From: an uncultured Gammaproteobacteria bacterium
Lineage (GTDB): Bacteria > Patescibacteriota > Microgenomatia > Daviesbacterales > UBA10151
Direction of reading: 5' to 3'
DNA length: 64,000 nt
Assembly (NCBI GenBank): GCA_964392925.1
Contig: CAYMRP010000004.1
Coordinates: forward strand, 7,184-71,183
Position 1 is the stretch's first letter, and every line of letters begins with the position of its first letter. The notes beneath the pieces are model-generated. The model was not told the DNA's origin and did not search any database. It saw only the letters and a list, made by a program, of their open reading frames with translations. Position numbers and translations under genes: made by a program. Positions 50,868 through 59,705 of the stretch are shown one piece after another.

Positions 50868-50916
50868 AATTGTTAAATGTCTAAACTGTTAATTGTTTTC
50901 CAGCAATTTAACAATT
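50868..50916. repeat. Inverted degenerate octamer repeat element
   Basis: AATTGTTAAAT...ATTTAACAATT terminal inverted repeat. Confidence 0.75.
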
Positions 50917-51615
50917 CTAAACCTTTACCTTTCTCCGTTGATGTTTTTCAGAATCATCCACGATCCGTCCGTCACGGACGTGAATGATCCTTTTAGCGTG
51001 TTCCGCAATGTCAGGTTCATGAGTAATCATGACGATGGTGTGCCCTTCGTCATTTAATTTTTGGAAAATCTCCATAACTTCTTCAGCTTGTGCTGAAGCA
51101 ATATTTCCGGTCGGTTCATCAGCGAGTAATATTGCTGGATTCATTGCTAGTCCGCGGGCAATTGCCACTCTTTGCTGCTGACCTCCGGATAATTGATTAG
51201 ATCCGTGATTCATTCTTTCTCCCAGTCCCACCATTTTTAAATATTTCTCAGCTCTCTTTTGGCGTTCTTCTTTAGGTACTCCAGCATATCTCATCGGCAG
51301 CATCACATTTTTTAAGGCTGAAGTCCGGGGCAGTAAATTAAAAGCTTGAAAAATAAATCCGATTTTTTTATTTCTAATGACTGCCAATTCGTCATCTTTT
51401 AATACAGAAACATTCTCACCATCTAAAATATATTCACCTGAAGTAGGGGAGTCGAGAGCGCCTAAGATATGCATCAGTGTTGATTTACCAGATCCTGATG
51501 GACCCATGATTGCCACAAACTCGCCTTTTTTTATTTCAAAAGAAACATCATTCAAAGCAATAGTTTCCAGATCCCCTAATTTATAAATTTTAGAAACATG
51601 TTTAACATTAATCAT
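50917..51615 (-). CDS. MacB/LolD-type ABC ATP-binding protein
   Basis: GPSGSGKST, LSGGQQQR, LADEPTGN. Confidence 0.97.
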   Translation of the reverse strand: MINVKHVSKIYKLGDLETIALNDVSFEIKKGEFVAIMGPSGSGKSTLMHILGALDSPTSGEYILDGENVSVLKDDELAVIRNKKIGFIFQAFNLLPRTSALKNVMLPMRYAGVPKEERQKRAEKYLKMVGLGERMNHGSNQLSGGQQQRVAIARGLAMNPAILLADEPTGNIASAQAEEVMEIFQKLNDEGHTIVMITHEPDIAEHAKRIIHVRDGRIVDDSEKHQRRKVKV

Positions 51616-51616
51616 A

Positions 51617-51708
51617 AAATTGCTAAATGGTTGAGCTGTTAAATTGCTAAAAAAACATTTAACAATGCAACAATTTAATAGTGCAGCAATTTAGCAGTTT
51701 AACAATTT
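51617..51708. repeat. Inverted degenerate octamer repeat array
   Basis: AAATTGCT-like units followed by AGCAATTT/AACAATTT-like units. Confidence 0.8.
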
Positions 51709-52978
51709 ATCTATTTATCCTAACCGTTCCGCCGCCTCCCCCAATTCCTCCTCCGAATGGGGAAGTAGTTGTCGTAGTTGAAGTTCCCGTAGTTCCGCCG
51801 CTGGTCCCGGTAACTACTAAATAACCCTCGTTAATTCCAGAAATTATTTCCGTCTGAGTATCGTTAGATTCTCCAACTTCTACTGTCACAAACTCAGGAT
51901 TTCCATTTCGCATTATCCGAACTGTAGATGCACCGTCCGCTGTAGTTACTGCTGAGCTAGGAACTAATACGACGTTGTCTTTAACCGAAGTTATAATTGT
52001 GGCGCTGACTGCCATGTTTGGATAAGCCCCATCAATAATCGTGTCAAATTCAATAACTGTCGGATATGTTGTAACTCCAGATGAAACAGAACCATTGGTA
52101 TTAATACTTAAAACTTTTCCGGTAAAAGTTTTGTCTCGGAACGCATCCATTGTTAGAGTTACCTTTTGTCCTGCTTTTACTTTTGTCACATCAATCTCCG
52201 TTAAATTAACCGTCGCTTGAAGCTTTCCATTAGGTAAAACTACAGTGCCCAAAGTTTGAGACGATGCCCCATTTTCTGAGTTTGCTGTTGAAGATCCCGA
52301 TATTGCAGACCCCACAGAAATTGTCATCCCGCTAACAGTTCCGGAAAGGGGAGCAGTAATAGTAGTAGAAGTTTGCTGATATGATAACCAAGCTGAATTA
52401 ATTTGGGATTGAGAAGTAGCTAAATTATTTTGGGCATTATTCAGAGCCACTTCCTTTGCAGTCCGCGCCTCTCTTTGCTCCATCGTTTCATTCGCGGACC
52501 CCACATTATCAAACCCGCCATTTCCATATTGAAACAAATGAATATCATCCAAAGTTTTATCAAGAGAGGCTTGAGAATTTCTAACATTATTCTCAGCATT
52601 CTTTAGATTATTTGAGGCGCTAACATAAGAAGCCCAAGCTGCCGCCTGATTTTGCTGCGAATTTAGATCCGGAGTAATTTCAGCAATTTTCTGCCCTGCT
52701 GTTACTTGATCTCCATTACTAACATACACTTGACTGACGACTCCAGTGGCTTGTGAGGTAATACTTAAGCTGCTTCCTTGGGTAATAGTTCCGGAAGATG
52801 AAATAGAAGAAATTAAAGTCCCCTTTTCTGCAGTAGATGTTTGATAACTTACTTCAGAACTGGCAACAAAATAATTTTGATAAACATAATATCCGCCACC
52901 TATTAATATAAGTAGTAATATTCCTAAAACTAATTTTTTCTTTAAAGAACTTTTAATGAACTGCCAAACTTTTAACAT
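51707..52978 (-). CDS. MacA-like membrane fusion protein
   Basis: N-terminal TM, lipoyl halves, ITAPLSGTV, GQKV, LVPSSAV. Confidence 0.94.
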   Translation of the reverse strand: MLKVWQFIKSSLKKKLVLGILLLILIGGGYYVYQNYFVASSEVSYQTSTAEKGTLISSISSSGTITQGSSLSITSQATGVVSQVYVSNGDQVTAGQKIAEITPDLNSQQNQAAAWASYVSASNNLKNAENNVRNSQASLDKTLDDIHLFQYGNGGFDNVGSANETMEQREARTAKEVALNNAQNNLATSQSQINSAWLSYQQTSTTITAPLSGTVSGMTISVGSAISGSSTANSENGASSQTLGTVVLPNGKLQATVNLTEIDVTKVKAGQKVTLTMDAFRDKTFTGKVLSINTNGSVSSGVTTYPTVIEFDTIIDGAYPNMAVSATIITSVKDNVVLVPSSAVTTADGASTVRIMRNGNPEFVTVEVGESNDTQTEIISGINEGYLVVTGTSGGTTGTSTTTTTSPFGGGIGGGGGTVRINR

Positions 52979-53062
52979 ATTTGTTTTGTATTATTAAGCA
53001 GTTTTATTGGTATAAAATACCAGCAAACTGCGATCCAATATTGAGCAGTTTATAGGATAAAT

Positions 53063-53079
53063 CTGAGAGAAAGCTGAGA
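53063..53079 (-). promoter_or_regulatory. Putative response-regulator direct-repeat site 2
   Basis: Minus-strand TCTCAG-N5-TCTCAG, 10 nt before TAAACT. Confidence 0.65.
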
Positions 53080-53175
53080 TTAACGTAAGCAGTGTTGGCA
53101 GCAGCAAAATGCATTCTACACAAAAACAGCCCCCGGTGCACCAGGAGCTGTTGTAAAAAGAAGTTAGGGATTGCT

Positions 53176-53652
53176 TTAATGCCTCATCATCATTTTTCCT
53201 CCCATACCTCGATGACCCATTACTTCCTGAAGTTTTTCTTGAGTCAGTCCATTTTGAGAAAGCCATGCGTCCATTTCCGCTCGTCTTTCATCCATCTTGG
53301 CTTTTCTTTGCTCCTCAGTTAAGTTTTGAAATTCGCCCCGATTTGGGCGGCTGTCTTTCATTGCATCATGATGAGTTAGAATTGCCTGCTTTTGCGCCTC
53401 AGTTATCTTGCCGTCTGCAACAGCCTGAGTCAATTTGCTTTCCATCTGAGATTTCATTTCTGCTTGATGTTTGCTTCTTTGCTCGTCAAAAACAGTTTGT
53501 ACATCAGATTGATTTAAGTTAAATTTTTGAGCAATTGCTGCAACCATTGAGTTCGCCCCAGTCGTGTCCTGTGCTGAAACTAAATTTGTACTCATAAGTC
53601 CGGCAGCGATTATCGCCAAAGCCAAAACTGGAAAAAATACTTTTCTTTTCAT
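53176..53652 (-). CDS. Secreted helical protein (IAQKFNL / AVADGKITEAQ motifs)
   Basis: Signal peptide, strong SD AAGGAGGTGA. Confidence 0.8.
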   Translation of the reverse strand: MKRKVFFPVLALAIIAAGLMSTNLVSAQDTTGANSMVAAIAQKFNLNQSDVQTVFDEQRSKHQAEMKSQMESKLTQAVADGKITEAQKQAILTHHDAMKDSRPNRGEFQNLTEEQRKAKMDERRAEMDAWLSQNGLTQEKLQEVMGHRGMGGKMMMRH

Positions 53653-53675
53653 AATTAATTCACCTCCTTTCGTAC

Positions 53676-53736
53676 GTCATTCCTGCGCAGACAGGAATCA
53701 AGTTTTTTATTAGATTCCCTCATTCGCGAGGATGAC
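53676..53736. repeat. REP-like palindromic element (dRS3/RPE-like)
   Basis: GTCATTCCTGCGCAGACAGGAATC ... GATTCCCTCATTCGCGAGGATGAC. Confidence 0.75.
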
Positions 53737-53759
53737 AATATATACTCTACTGAAGGATC

Positions 53760-53777
53760 CTGAAAGAAGGCTTAAGA
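53760..53777 (-). promoter_or_regulatory. Putative response-regulator direct-repeat site 3
   Basis: Plus-strand CTGAAAGAAGGCTTAAGA (17/18 identical to site 1), 10 nt from a minus-strand TAGAGT. Confidence 0.65.
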
Positions 53778-53780
53778 AAA

Positions 53781-54818
53781 TTAGTGTTTTATAGGAAGTT
53801 TAATTGTAAAAACAGTTCCAGATCCGGAAATACTTTTTACGCTAATAGATCCTTTATGTTTAGTAACGATCTCTTTAGCAATCGACAATCCCAATCCAAA
53901 TCCATCAGCATCTTGCTTGGTTCTCGCTTGGTCTGCCCGGTAGAAACGATCAAACAAAAATGGCAAATCATTCTTATCTATTCCAATACCCTGATCTTTA
54001 ACTTGAATCAATACATTTCCTCCAGATTTTTTTGCCTCAAAATTAATTTTTTTATTCTCATCTGAATACTTAATAGCGTTATCTAGAAGTATTACTAACA
54101 ACTCAGTTATGCTTTGCTTATCAGCTTGGATACTAATATCCTCAACCTCTTTTTCGATAGTTATACTTTTCTTTTTAGCCAGTTTCTCAACTTTTCTCAA
54201 AGCTTCATTTGCAATTTTTACAATTTGAACTGTCTCAAATTTAACACTATTAGGTTTATGAGTTTGTGCAAGCTTTATTAAATTATCTGATAAATATTGT
54301 AAATTATTAACTTCCTCTAAATTACTTTCCAGCAATTTTCTTGATTCCGCCAAAGTAAGTTTTTTATCACGCAGGTTAACTTCTATCTCACTCCTTAAAG
54401 AGGTAAGGGGAGTTCGCAGTTCATGAGATGCATCTGTAATAAACCGATTTTGCTCATCAACCATATTTTTAATTGGTTTAAGAGTCAGCCCGGCTAGTAG
54501 ATATCCAGCAATTCCTGATAGCCCCAAAATTCCCAGATTAATTAATATAAGTACAAAAAGAATTCTATACTTTGCTTCTTCCAGGACTTCAGAACTAGGT
54601 GCGGTAATTAAAACTCCTGGCTGGTTCGGTTCGTTTAGTTGAATAATAAATCTTTTGTTCGGAGAATAAGCGCCTTGCTGTCTCATTTTCTCCATCCGAA
54701 TTGCCCGGTTAATTTCTGAAGTTGAAAATTGGTAAATTACAAAACTGAAAGATAAACTGACCAGCATAATGATCAGTAAATACCAAAGTGTTAATTTTAA
54801 TCGCGCTTTGTTAAACAA
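53781..54818 (-). CDS. Sensor histidine kinase
   Basis: DASHELRTPL, LDNAIKY, DQGIGI, FDRFYR, GFGLGL; TTG start 9 nt after AAGGAGGT. Confidence 0.96.
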   Translation of the reverse strand: MFNKARLKLTLWYLLIIMLVSLSFSFVIYQFSTSEINRAIRMEKMRQQGAYSPNKRFIIQLNEPNQPGVLITAPSSEVLEEAKYRILFVLILINLGILGLSGIAGYLLAGLTLKPIKNMVDEQNRFITDASHELRTPLTSLRSEIEVNLRDKKLTLAESRKLLESNLEEVNNLQYLSDNLIKLAQTHKPNSVKFETVQIVKIANEALRKVEKLAKKKSITIEKEVEDISIQADKQSITELLVILLDNAIKYSDENKKINFEAKKSGGNVLIQVKDQGIGIDKNDLPFLFDRFYRADQARTKQDADGFGLGLSIAKEIVTKHKGSISVKSISGSGTVFTIKLPIKH

Positions 54819-54863
54819 TCGGAGCAAACCTCCTTACTAAAAATAATGAAGTTTGCGAGATCG

Positions 54864-54901
54864 CTTGCTTCAAACCTTCCTGTGGAAGGTTTGTTGACAA
54901 G
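54864..54901. repeat. Intergenic palindrome between response regulator and kinase
   Basis: CAAACCTTCC-TGT-GGAAGGTTTG, a perfect 10-bp stem. Confidence 0.8.
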
Positions 54902-54919
54902 GGAGAAGTTACTAAATGA

Positions 54920-55591
54920 TTATTCATTGCTTATCTTGTATCCAAATCCTCTTACTGTTTGTAACAGTGGTTTTGAAAATCCTTTATCAATCTTATTCCT
55001 CAAGTATCCCACAAACACCTCCACTGTATTAGGTAAAACATCTGCATCATAATCCCAAACATGTTCAATAATTTGATCTTTTGAAACAACCTGATTCGCA
55101 TTCCTCATCAAATATTCTAAAAGCGAAAACTCCTTAGCAGATAATTTAATCTTTTTCTCACCACGTTTAACCTCATAAGTTAACGTGTTTAGGCTTAAGT
55201 CAGAAACAGAGTATATAGAGCCCGTAGAATTTTTAGGTCTTCTTCCGAGAGCTTTTACTCTTGCCAATAATTCCTCAAAAGCAAACGGCTTAGTCAAATA
55301 ATCATCAGCTCCTGAATTAAGTCCTTCAACTTTATCTGCAACCTGGCCTTTTGCAGTCAGCATTAATATTGGAGTATGTATATTTTCTTTTCTTAATTTT
55401 GCACAAATTTCTACTCCAGTCATTTCCGGCAGCATCACATCTAAAATCAAAAGATCATAATTCTCGCTTGATGCAAGATCGTATCCCTCATTTCCTGTAT
55501 ATGCTAAATCAACAGCAAAACTTTCCTGCTCCAATCCTTTTTTTATCGAGCCGGCAATTTTATGCTCATCTTCAACAACTAGAATCCTCAT
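54920..55591 (-). CDS. OmpR/PhoB-family response regulator
   Basis: VVEDE, LDVMLP, GADDYLTKPF, KEFSLLEYL, TVRGFGY. Confidence 0.98.
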   Translation of the reverse strand: MRILVVEDEHKIAGSIKKGLEQESFAVDLAYTGNEGYDLASSENYDLLILDVMLPEMTGVEICAKLRKENIHTPILMLTAKGQVADKVEGLNSGADDYLTKPFAFEELLARVKALGRRPKNSTGSIYSVSDLSLNTLTYEVKRGEKKIKLSAKEFSLLEYLMRNANQVVSKDQIIEHVWDYDADVLPNTVEVFVGYLRNKIDKGFSKPLLQTVRGFGYKISNE

Positions 55592-55614
55592 AGTGCTAAA
55601 TTATACTCCGAATA

Positions 55615-55632
55615 CTTAAAAACAGCTGAAGA
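55615..55632 (-). promoter_or_regulatory. Putative response-regulator direct-repeat site 4 (autoregulation)
   Basis: Plus-strand CTTAAAAACAGCTGAAGA, 9 nt from a minus-strand TATAAT. Confidence 0.55.
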
Positions 55633-55641
55633 CTAAGGGTT

Positions 55642-55887
55642 TTAGGGCTTGCGGCGTTTTTGTCTTTCGACTCCAATAGGTGTGATGGGTCCTAACGAGC
55701 GTGATTTATTAACTTCCTTTACAATTTCATCAAATGCAGCTTGAGCCTCAGGTGACAACGGACCAAATATTCCTACTGCATCTAGGGCTTTTTGTAAATC
55801 TGAAGAAGCTCCTTCCATTTCTTCTCTTCGAGTTGTGAATCTTAATCTGTCAGTATCGAATTTAGCTTTTATATCAAAATCTCTCAT
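55642..55887 (-). CDS. Hypothetical protein
   Basis: 81-aa ORF filling the intergenic gap, with an upstream TATAAT. Confidence 0.6.
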   Translation of the reverse strand: MRDFDIKAKFDTDRLRFTTRREEMEGASSDLQKALDAVGIFGPLSPEAQAAFDEIVKEVNKSRSLGPITPIGVERQKRRKP

Positions 55888-55960
55888 ATATTTTAGAACT
55901 TTAACCAGCTGAAATTATACTATTTGATGAGGAGAAATTCAAATTATAGGCCTTAAAATA

Positions 55961-57709
55961 TTATCCGAAAGTAAAAGCATAAGCCTCCGTATTCGCATCT
56001 AAAAACTCCAACTTCAAAATATGCTTACCAGGCTCCTGTAACCTAATTAGTTTATAAAGCGAATCTGAATCAACTATAACTTCATTATTAATAACACTTT
56101 CCCCAGCAGCCCCTGTTTCTGAAACTAACTTATTATCCAGATAAACTCTTACTTTCCCCGGCGTAACCCCGTCCCGAGGTCTCATAACTAAATAAACCTC
56201 TTTCGATTCAAAGTTCAAAATTAATGACGACCCTTTCGCTGGACTGGAATATTCCTCCATCACATCCCATCCTCCGGTAAATGCAAACTCATTATCAGGA
56301 ATATCATTAGGCGCAGAGTACAAAGCGCTTCCATTCTCAACGACTTTTTCCGGAGAAACTAAATGCTCCATCCTCGCGTAGCCTAAATAGAGCTCCGGAG
56401 TTCTGGCATAATTTTGATACTCTGGGTTTGAAACTTCTGTCGGCAAATCTTTAGCCCCTGCTTCTGCTAGCAATTCCTGAATAACTCTCTCTGACTCATC
56501 GTACTCGCCTTCCCCAAAATGCGTATATCTAATTTTTCCATCTTTATCTATAAAATATTTAGCCGGCCAATATCTATTGTTATACGCTCTCCAGGTCGAG
56601 AAATCATTATCCTGAACTACCGGATAAGTTATCCCAAAATCTTTTAAAGCCTTTTCAACATTTTTAGCATTTTTCTCAAATTCAAACTCCGGAGAATGAA
56701 CTCCAATAATAACTAAACCCTTATCAGCATATTTCTGATGCCAGGATTTCAGGTAGGGGAAAGTCCTTTGGCAATTTATACAAGAATATGTCCAAAAATC
56801 AACCAAAACCACTTTACCTTTAAGATCCGCCAATGTCAGGGGAGGGGAATTAAACCATTCTCCCCCAGGAAAAATTTCAGGGGCGAGAGGTCCGCTTTTA
56901 TCCGAATTTACATCAAACATCGCTTTACCCATTTCCTCACTTCCAACAGGAGTTCCTGAGAATCGATCCAAAGCATCGCGTATTAATGGAACATCTTCGA
57001 ATTTCGTTAATCCCGTTCCGTAACTAGGAAAAGTATTCAAAATAAATGTCTGGAATTTGCGATCTAAATTAAAAAATATTGCTAAGGCTGTAAGTATCAT
57101 TAAAACTCCGAAAACTTTTTGAATAGCCCCAGAATTTTGTAATAACCACGGTGCTTTTCTTAAAGCAGTTTGTCCAGCAATCATAATAAAAAACATCGGA
57201 ATCGCCGTCCCCAGCGCATAAGCCAAAGTAATAAAAACCGCCTCAATATTCACAGATCCTGTAATCGCCAAAGATATTACTGAAGCCAGTATTGGTCCAA
57301 CACAAGGTGTCCATAAAAGTCCGAGTGAAAGTCCAATTAAAATCCCTCCTCCAAATCCAGTTTTACCCTGTGACTGTGGTAAGAATTGCGATAATTTTGA
57401 AAATAAAATCTCAGTCCAATATTGAAACTTGGGAATAAGCATCGTCACCCCAAAAAGTCCAATTACAATAACTGAAAAAACTCTTAAAGATTCAGCTGGT
57501 ATTCCTATTAATTTCACAATCGAAGAAAGGAAAAGTGTAAAAAAAGTAAAACTCAAAATAAAACCTGTGATAACTCCGAATGGTCTCATCTTTCCAATAT
57601 TCTGATCACCAATTGAAGAGGATAAAATAATCGGCAGCACCGGCAAAATACATGGAGAAAGAATAGTCACCACTCCCGCCAGAAATGCAAAAATAATCAG
57701 TAGAATCAT
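55961..57709 (-). CDS. dipZ: DipZ-like CcdA-thioredoxin fusion
   Basis: SPCILPVLP, WTPCVGP, FWTYSCINC, C-terminal AFTFG. Confidence 0.93.
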   Translation of the reverse strand: MILLIIFAFLAGVVTILSPCILPVLPIILSSSIGDQNIGKMRPFGVITGFILSFTFFTLFLSSIVKLIGIPAESLRVFSVIVIGLFGVTMLIPKFQYWTEILFSKLSQFLPQSQGKTGFGGGILIGLSLGLLWTPCVGPILASVISLAITGSVNIEAVFITLAYALGTAIPMFFIMIAGQTALRKAPWLLQNSGAIQKVFGVLMILTALAIFFNLDRKFQTFILNTFPSYGTGLTKFEDVPLIRDALDRFSGTPVGSEEMGKAMFDVNSDKSGPLAPEIFPGGEWFNSPPLTLADLKGKVVLVDFWTYSCINCQRTFPYLKSWHQKYADKGLVIIGVHSPEFEFEKNAKNVEKALKDFGITYPVVQDNDFSTWRAYNNRYWPAKYFIDKDGKIRYTHFGEGEYDESERVIQELLAEAGAKDLPTEVSNPEYQNYARTPELYLGYARMEHLVSPEKVVENGSALYSAPNDIPDNEFAFTGGWDVMEEYSSPAKGSSLILNFESKEVYLVMRPRDGVTPGKVRVYLDNKLVSETGAAGESVINNEVIVDSDSLYKLIRLQEPGKHILKLEFLDANTEAYAFTFG

Positions 57710-58203
57710 TTAATAGACGAAATTAATTTATCAAGTCCTCCGCCATTCCATTTTGTTATTTCATTCCCATCCTTATCAATTTGAACGAAAGTATGCTGGT
57801 AAGTCACTCCATATTTCTGAGCTAAAGCCTTTTCGGCCTCATCGGTTTCTGAATCATTATAATTAACCCTGTATATCTCTATTCCAGCCGGAATTTTTTG
57901 TACATTTTGTTTAAACTCTGCATCAACTGGTCTACAAGTCGGACACCAATCAGCATAAAAAAATAGAACTGTTTTCTCACTCGTAGAATTTTTGTATGCA
58001 TCAGCTCCCCAACCGGTAATATAATTACCACCAAGGTTAGGCGAAGTCTGACTTACAGTATCAGAGCTAGTAGTTGCTGTATTTCCTTGAGTTAAAGATT
58101 CTTGCTGAACTAAAGATGAAGAGTTTGAGGTTTGGTTTAAATAAATAACAACTCCCGCAGAAACTAAAAGAATAACCAATAATCCAACAACCCACATCTT
58201 CAT
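57706..58203 (-). CDS. Membrane-anchored thioredoxin-family protein
   Basis: FFYADWCPTC, YGVTYQHTF. Confidence 0.93.
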   Translation of the reverse strand: MKMWVVGLLVILLVSAGVVIYLNQTSNSSSLVQQESLTQGNTATTSSDTVSQTSPNLGGNYITGWGADAYKNSTSEKTVLFFYADWCPTCRPVDAEFKQNVQKIPAGIEIYRVNYNDSETDEAEKALAQKYGVTYQHTFVQIDKDGNEITKWNGGGLDKLISSIK

Positions 58204-58236
58204 ATATATCTGATTCTACTATATAATCTCAGCATA

Positions 58237-59445
58237 ATGTCAGCTCAAGTATCCCAGCGACTTACTTCTCTTCCAGTCTCCGCCACCCGCAAACTAACGC
58301 CTTTTGCTCTGGAAGCCAAAAAATCAGGAGTTAAGGTGCTGCATCTTAATACAGGAGATCCAGACATCAAAACCCCAGAAGTCATGATTAATGCTTTAAG
58401 AAATTGGAGTATAAATCCCATACGTTATGCTCAAAGCTCAGGTGAACCACATTTTATTAAAGCTCTTTTGTCTTATTATTCGAAAATTGGTTTCCCTGAA
58501 ATTTCAGAAACAGAGATTATTGCCACAGTCGGCGGATCAGAAGCGGTCAATTTATCATTTTATTCAGTTGCTTCCCCAGGTGAAGAAATTTTAACTTTCG
58601 AGCCTTTTTATTCTAACTATGCATCGGTTGCGCATTTCATGGGAGGATTAAAAATTGTTACAGTTCCAGCAGGGAAGGAAACAAACTACCATCTTCCAAG
58701 TAGGGAAGTCATTGAATCCAAAATTAGCAAGAAGACTCGCGCAATCTTGTATTGTTCTCCTGGTAATCCAACCGGCGCAGTTTTTAGTAAAAAAGAAGTT
58801 GAACTTCTCGTTTCAATTGCCAAAGACCATAACTTATTTTTAATTTCAGATGAAGTCTACCGAGAATACATTTTTGAAGGCGAACATACCTCACTTTTAT
58901 CCTATATGGACGAAATTCCAGATAATGCCATTCTTCTTGATTCTCTTTCCAAGCGTTACAGTCTATGTGGAGCCAGACTTGGAGTAATAATTTCTAAAAA
59001 TACTGAATTGATAAAAGGCATAACCAAACTTACTCAAGTTAGACTTTCTGGAGGGTTAATCGACCAAGAAATGGCTTCCCACTTAACCGAAGTTCCAGAT
59101 TCATATATAGAAGATGTTAAAACCGAATATAAAAAACGCCGCGATGTTTTATATGAAGGATTAACAGCTATCAATGGTGTAGAAATGTCAATTCCAGAAG
59201 GCGCTTTTTATTCAATGATTACCCTTCCTGTTGAAAATGCCGAAGACTTCTCGATCTTTTTGCTTAATAAATTTAGAGTCAATAACGAAACAGTTATGCT
59301 TGCCCCGGGCGCGGGATTCTATGCAACAGAAGGTCTCGGCAAAAACCAAGTCCGAATAGCCTATATTTTAAACACCGAAGATTTAAAAAGAGCAATTAAC
59401 ATAATTCAAAAAGGTCTGGCAGAATACAAAAGAGAAAGTAGTTGA
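58237..59445 (+). CDS. PLP-dependent class I/II (aspartate/aromatic) aminotransferase
   Basis: PGNPTG, SDEVY, SLSKRYSLCGARLG, PEGAFY. Confidence 0.95.
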   Translation: MSAQVSQRLTSLPVSATRKLTPFALEAKKSGVKVLHLNTGDPDIKTPEVMINALRNWSINPIRYAQSSGEPHFIKALLSYYSKIGFPEISETEIIATVGGSEAVNLSFYSVASPGEEILTFEPFYSNYASVAHFMGGLKIVTVPAGKETNYHLPSREVIESKISKKTRAILYCSPGNPTGAVFSKKEVELLVSIAKDHNLFLISDEVYREYIFEGEHTSLLSYMDEIPDNAILLDSLSKRYSLCGARLGVIISKNTELIKGITKLTQVRLSGGLIDQEMASHLTEVPDSYIEDVKTEYKKRRDVLYEGLTAINGVEMSIPEGAFYSMITLPVENAEDFSIFLLNKFRVNNETVMLAPGAGFYATEGLGKNQVRIAYILNTEDLKRAINIIQKGLAEYKRESS

Positions 59446-59470
59446 CTCCTTTAAAAACTTTTGTTATAAA
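59442..59470 (+). promoter_or_regulatory. Promoter of the T-box leader
   Basis: TTGACT-17nt-TATAAA with TG extension. Confidence 0.65.
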
Positions 59471-59479
59471 TACTTTCAC

Positions 59480-59694
59480 AAAGCGTTATACCCAAGTTGC
59501 GATTGGGGAGCTGAAGGTAAAAATACCTTACGGTCTAAACTTAAGCCGTTTAAATTAAGAAATCAGTGTCATCTAAAAAAGAAGGAGCTGATTGTAAGTC
59601 TAAGACAGTAATGTTTTAGAGTAACAAGGTGGAACCGCCGACAAGGCCCTTGTTTGTTTATTAGTTATCTAATAAATGAGCAAGGGCTTTTTTT
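59480..59694 (+). promoter_or_regulatory. T-box riboswitch (transcriptional) with ultrashort stem I
   Basis: Antiterminator AACAAGG-TGGAACC-GCC-GACAA-GGC-CCTTGTT (59623-54) overlaps terminator 59646-87 plus T7; upstream stems present. Confidence 0.9.
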
Positions 59695-59705
59695 GTGGAG
59701 AAAAT

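Noticed and set aside
52994-53522. ORFs 52994-53266, 53092-53322 and 53265-53522
   Set aside because: They overlap the 158-aa secreted protein and a promoter region, and lack protein-like features
54846-55052. 68-aa plus-strand ORF
   Set aside because: Antisense to the response regulator and runs through the intergenic palindrome
59676-59705. Track start for the ORF ending at 59999
   Set aside because: It lies inside the T-box terminator; the ATG at 59706 has a GGAG SD
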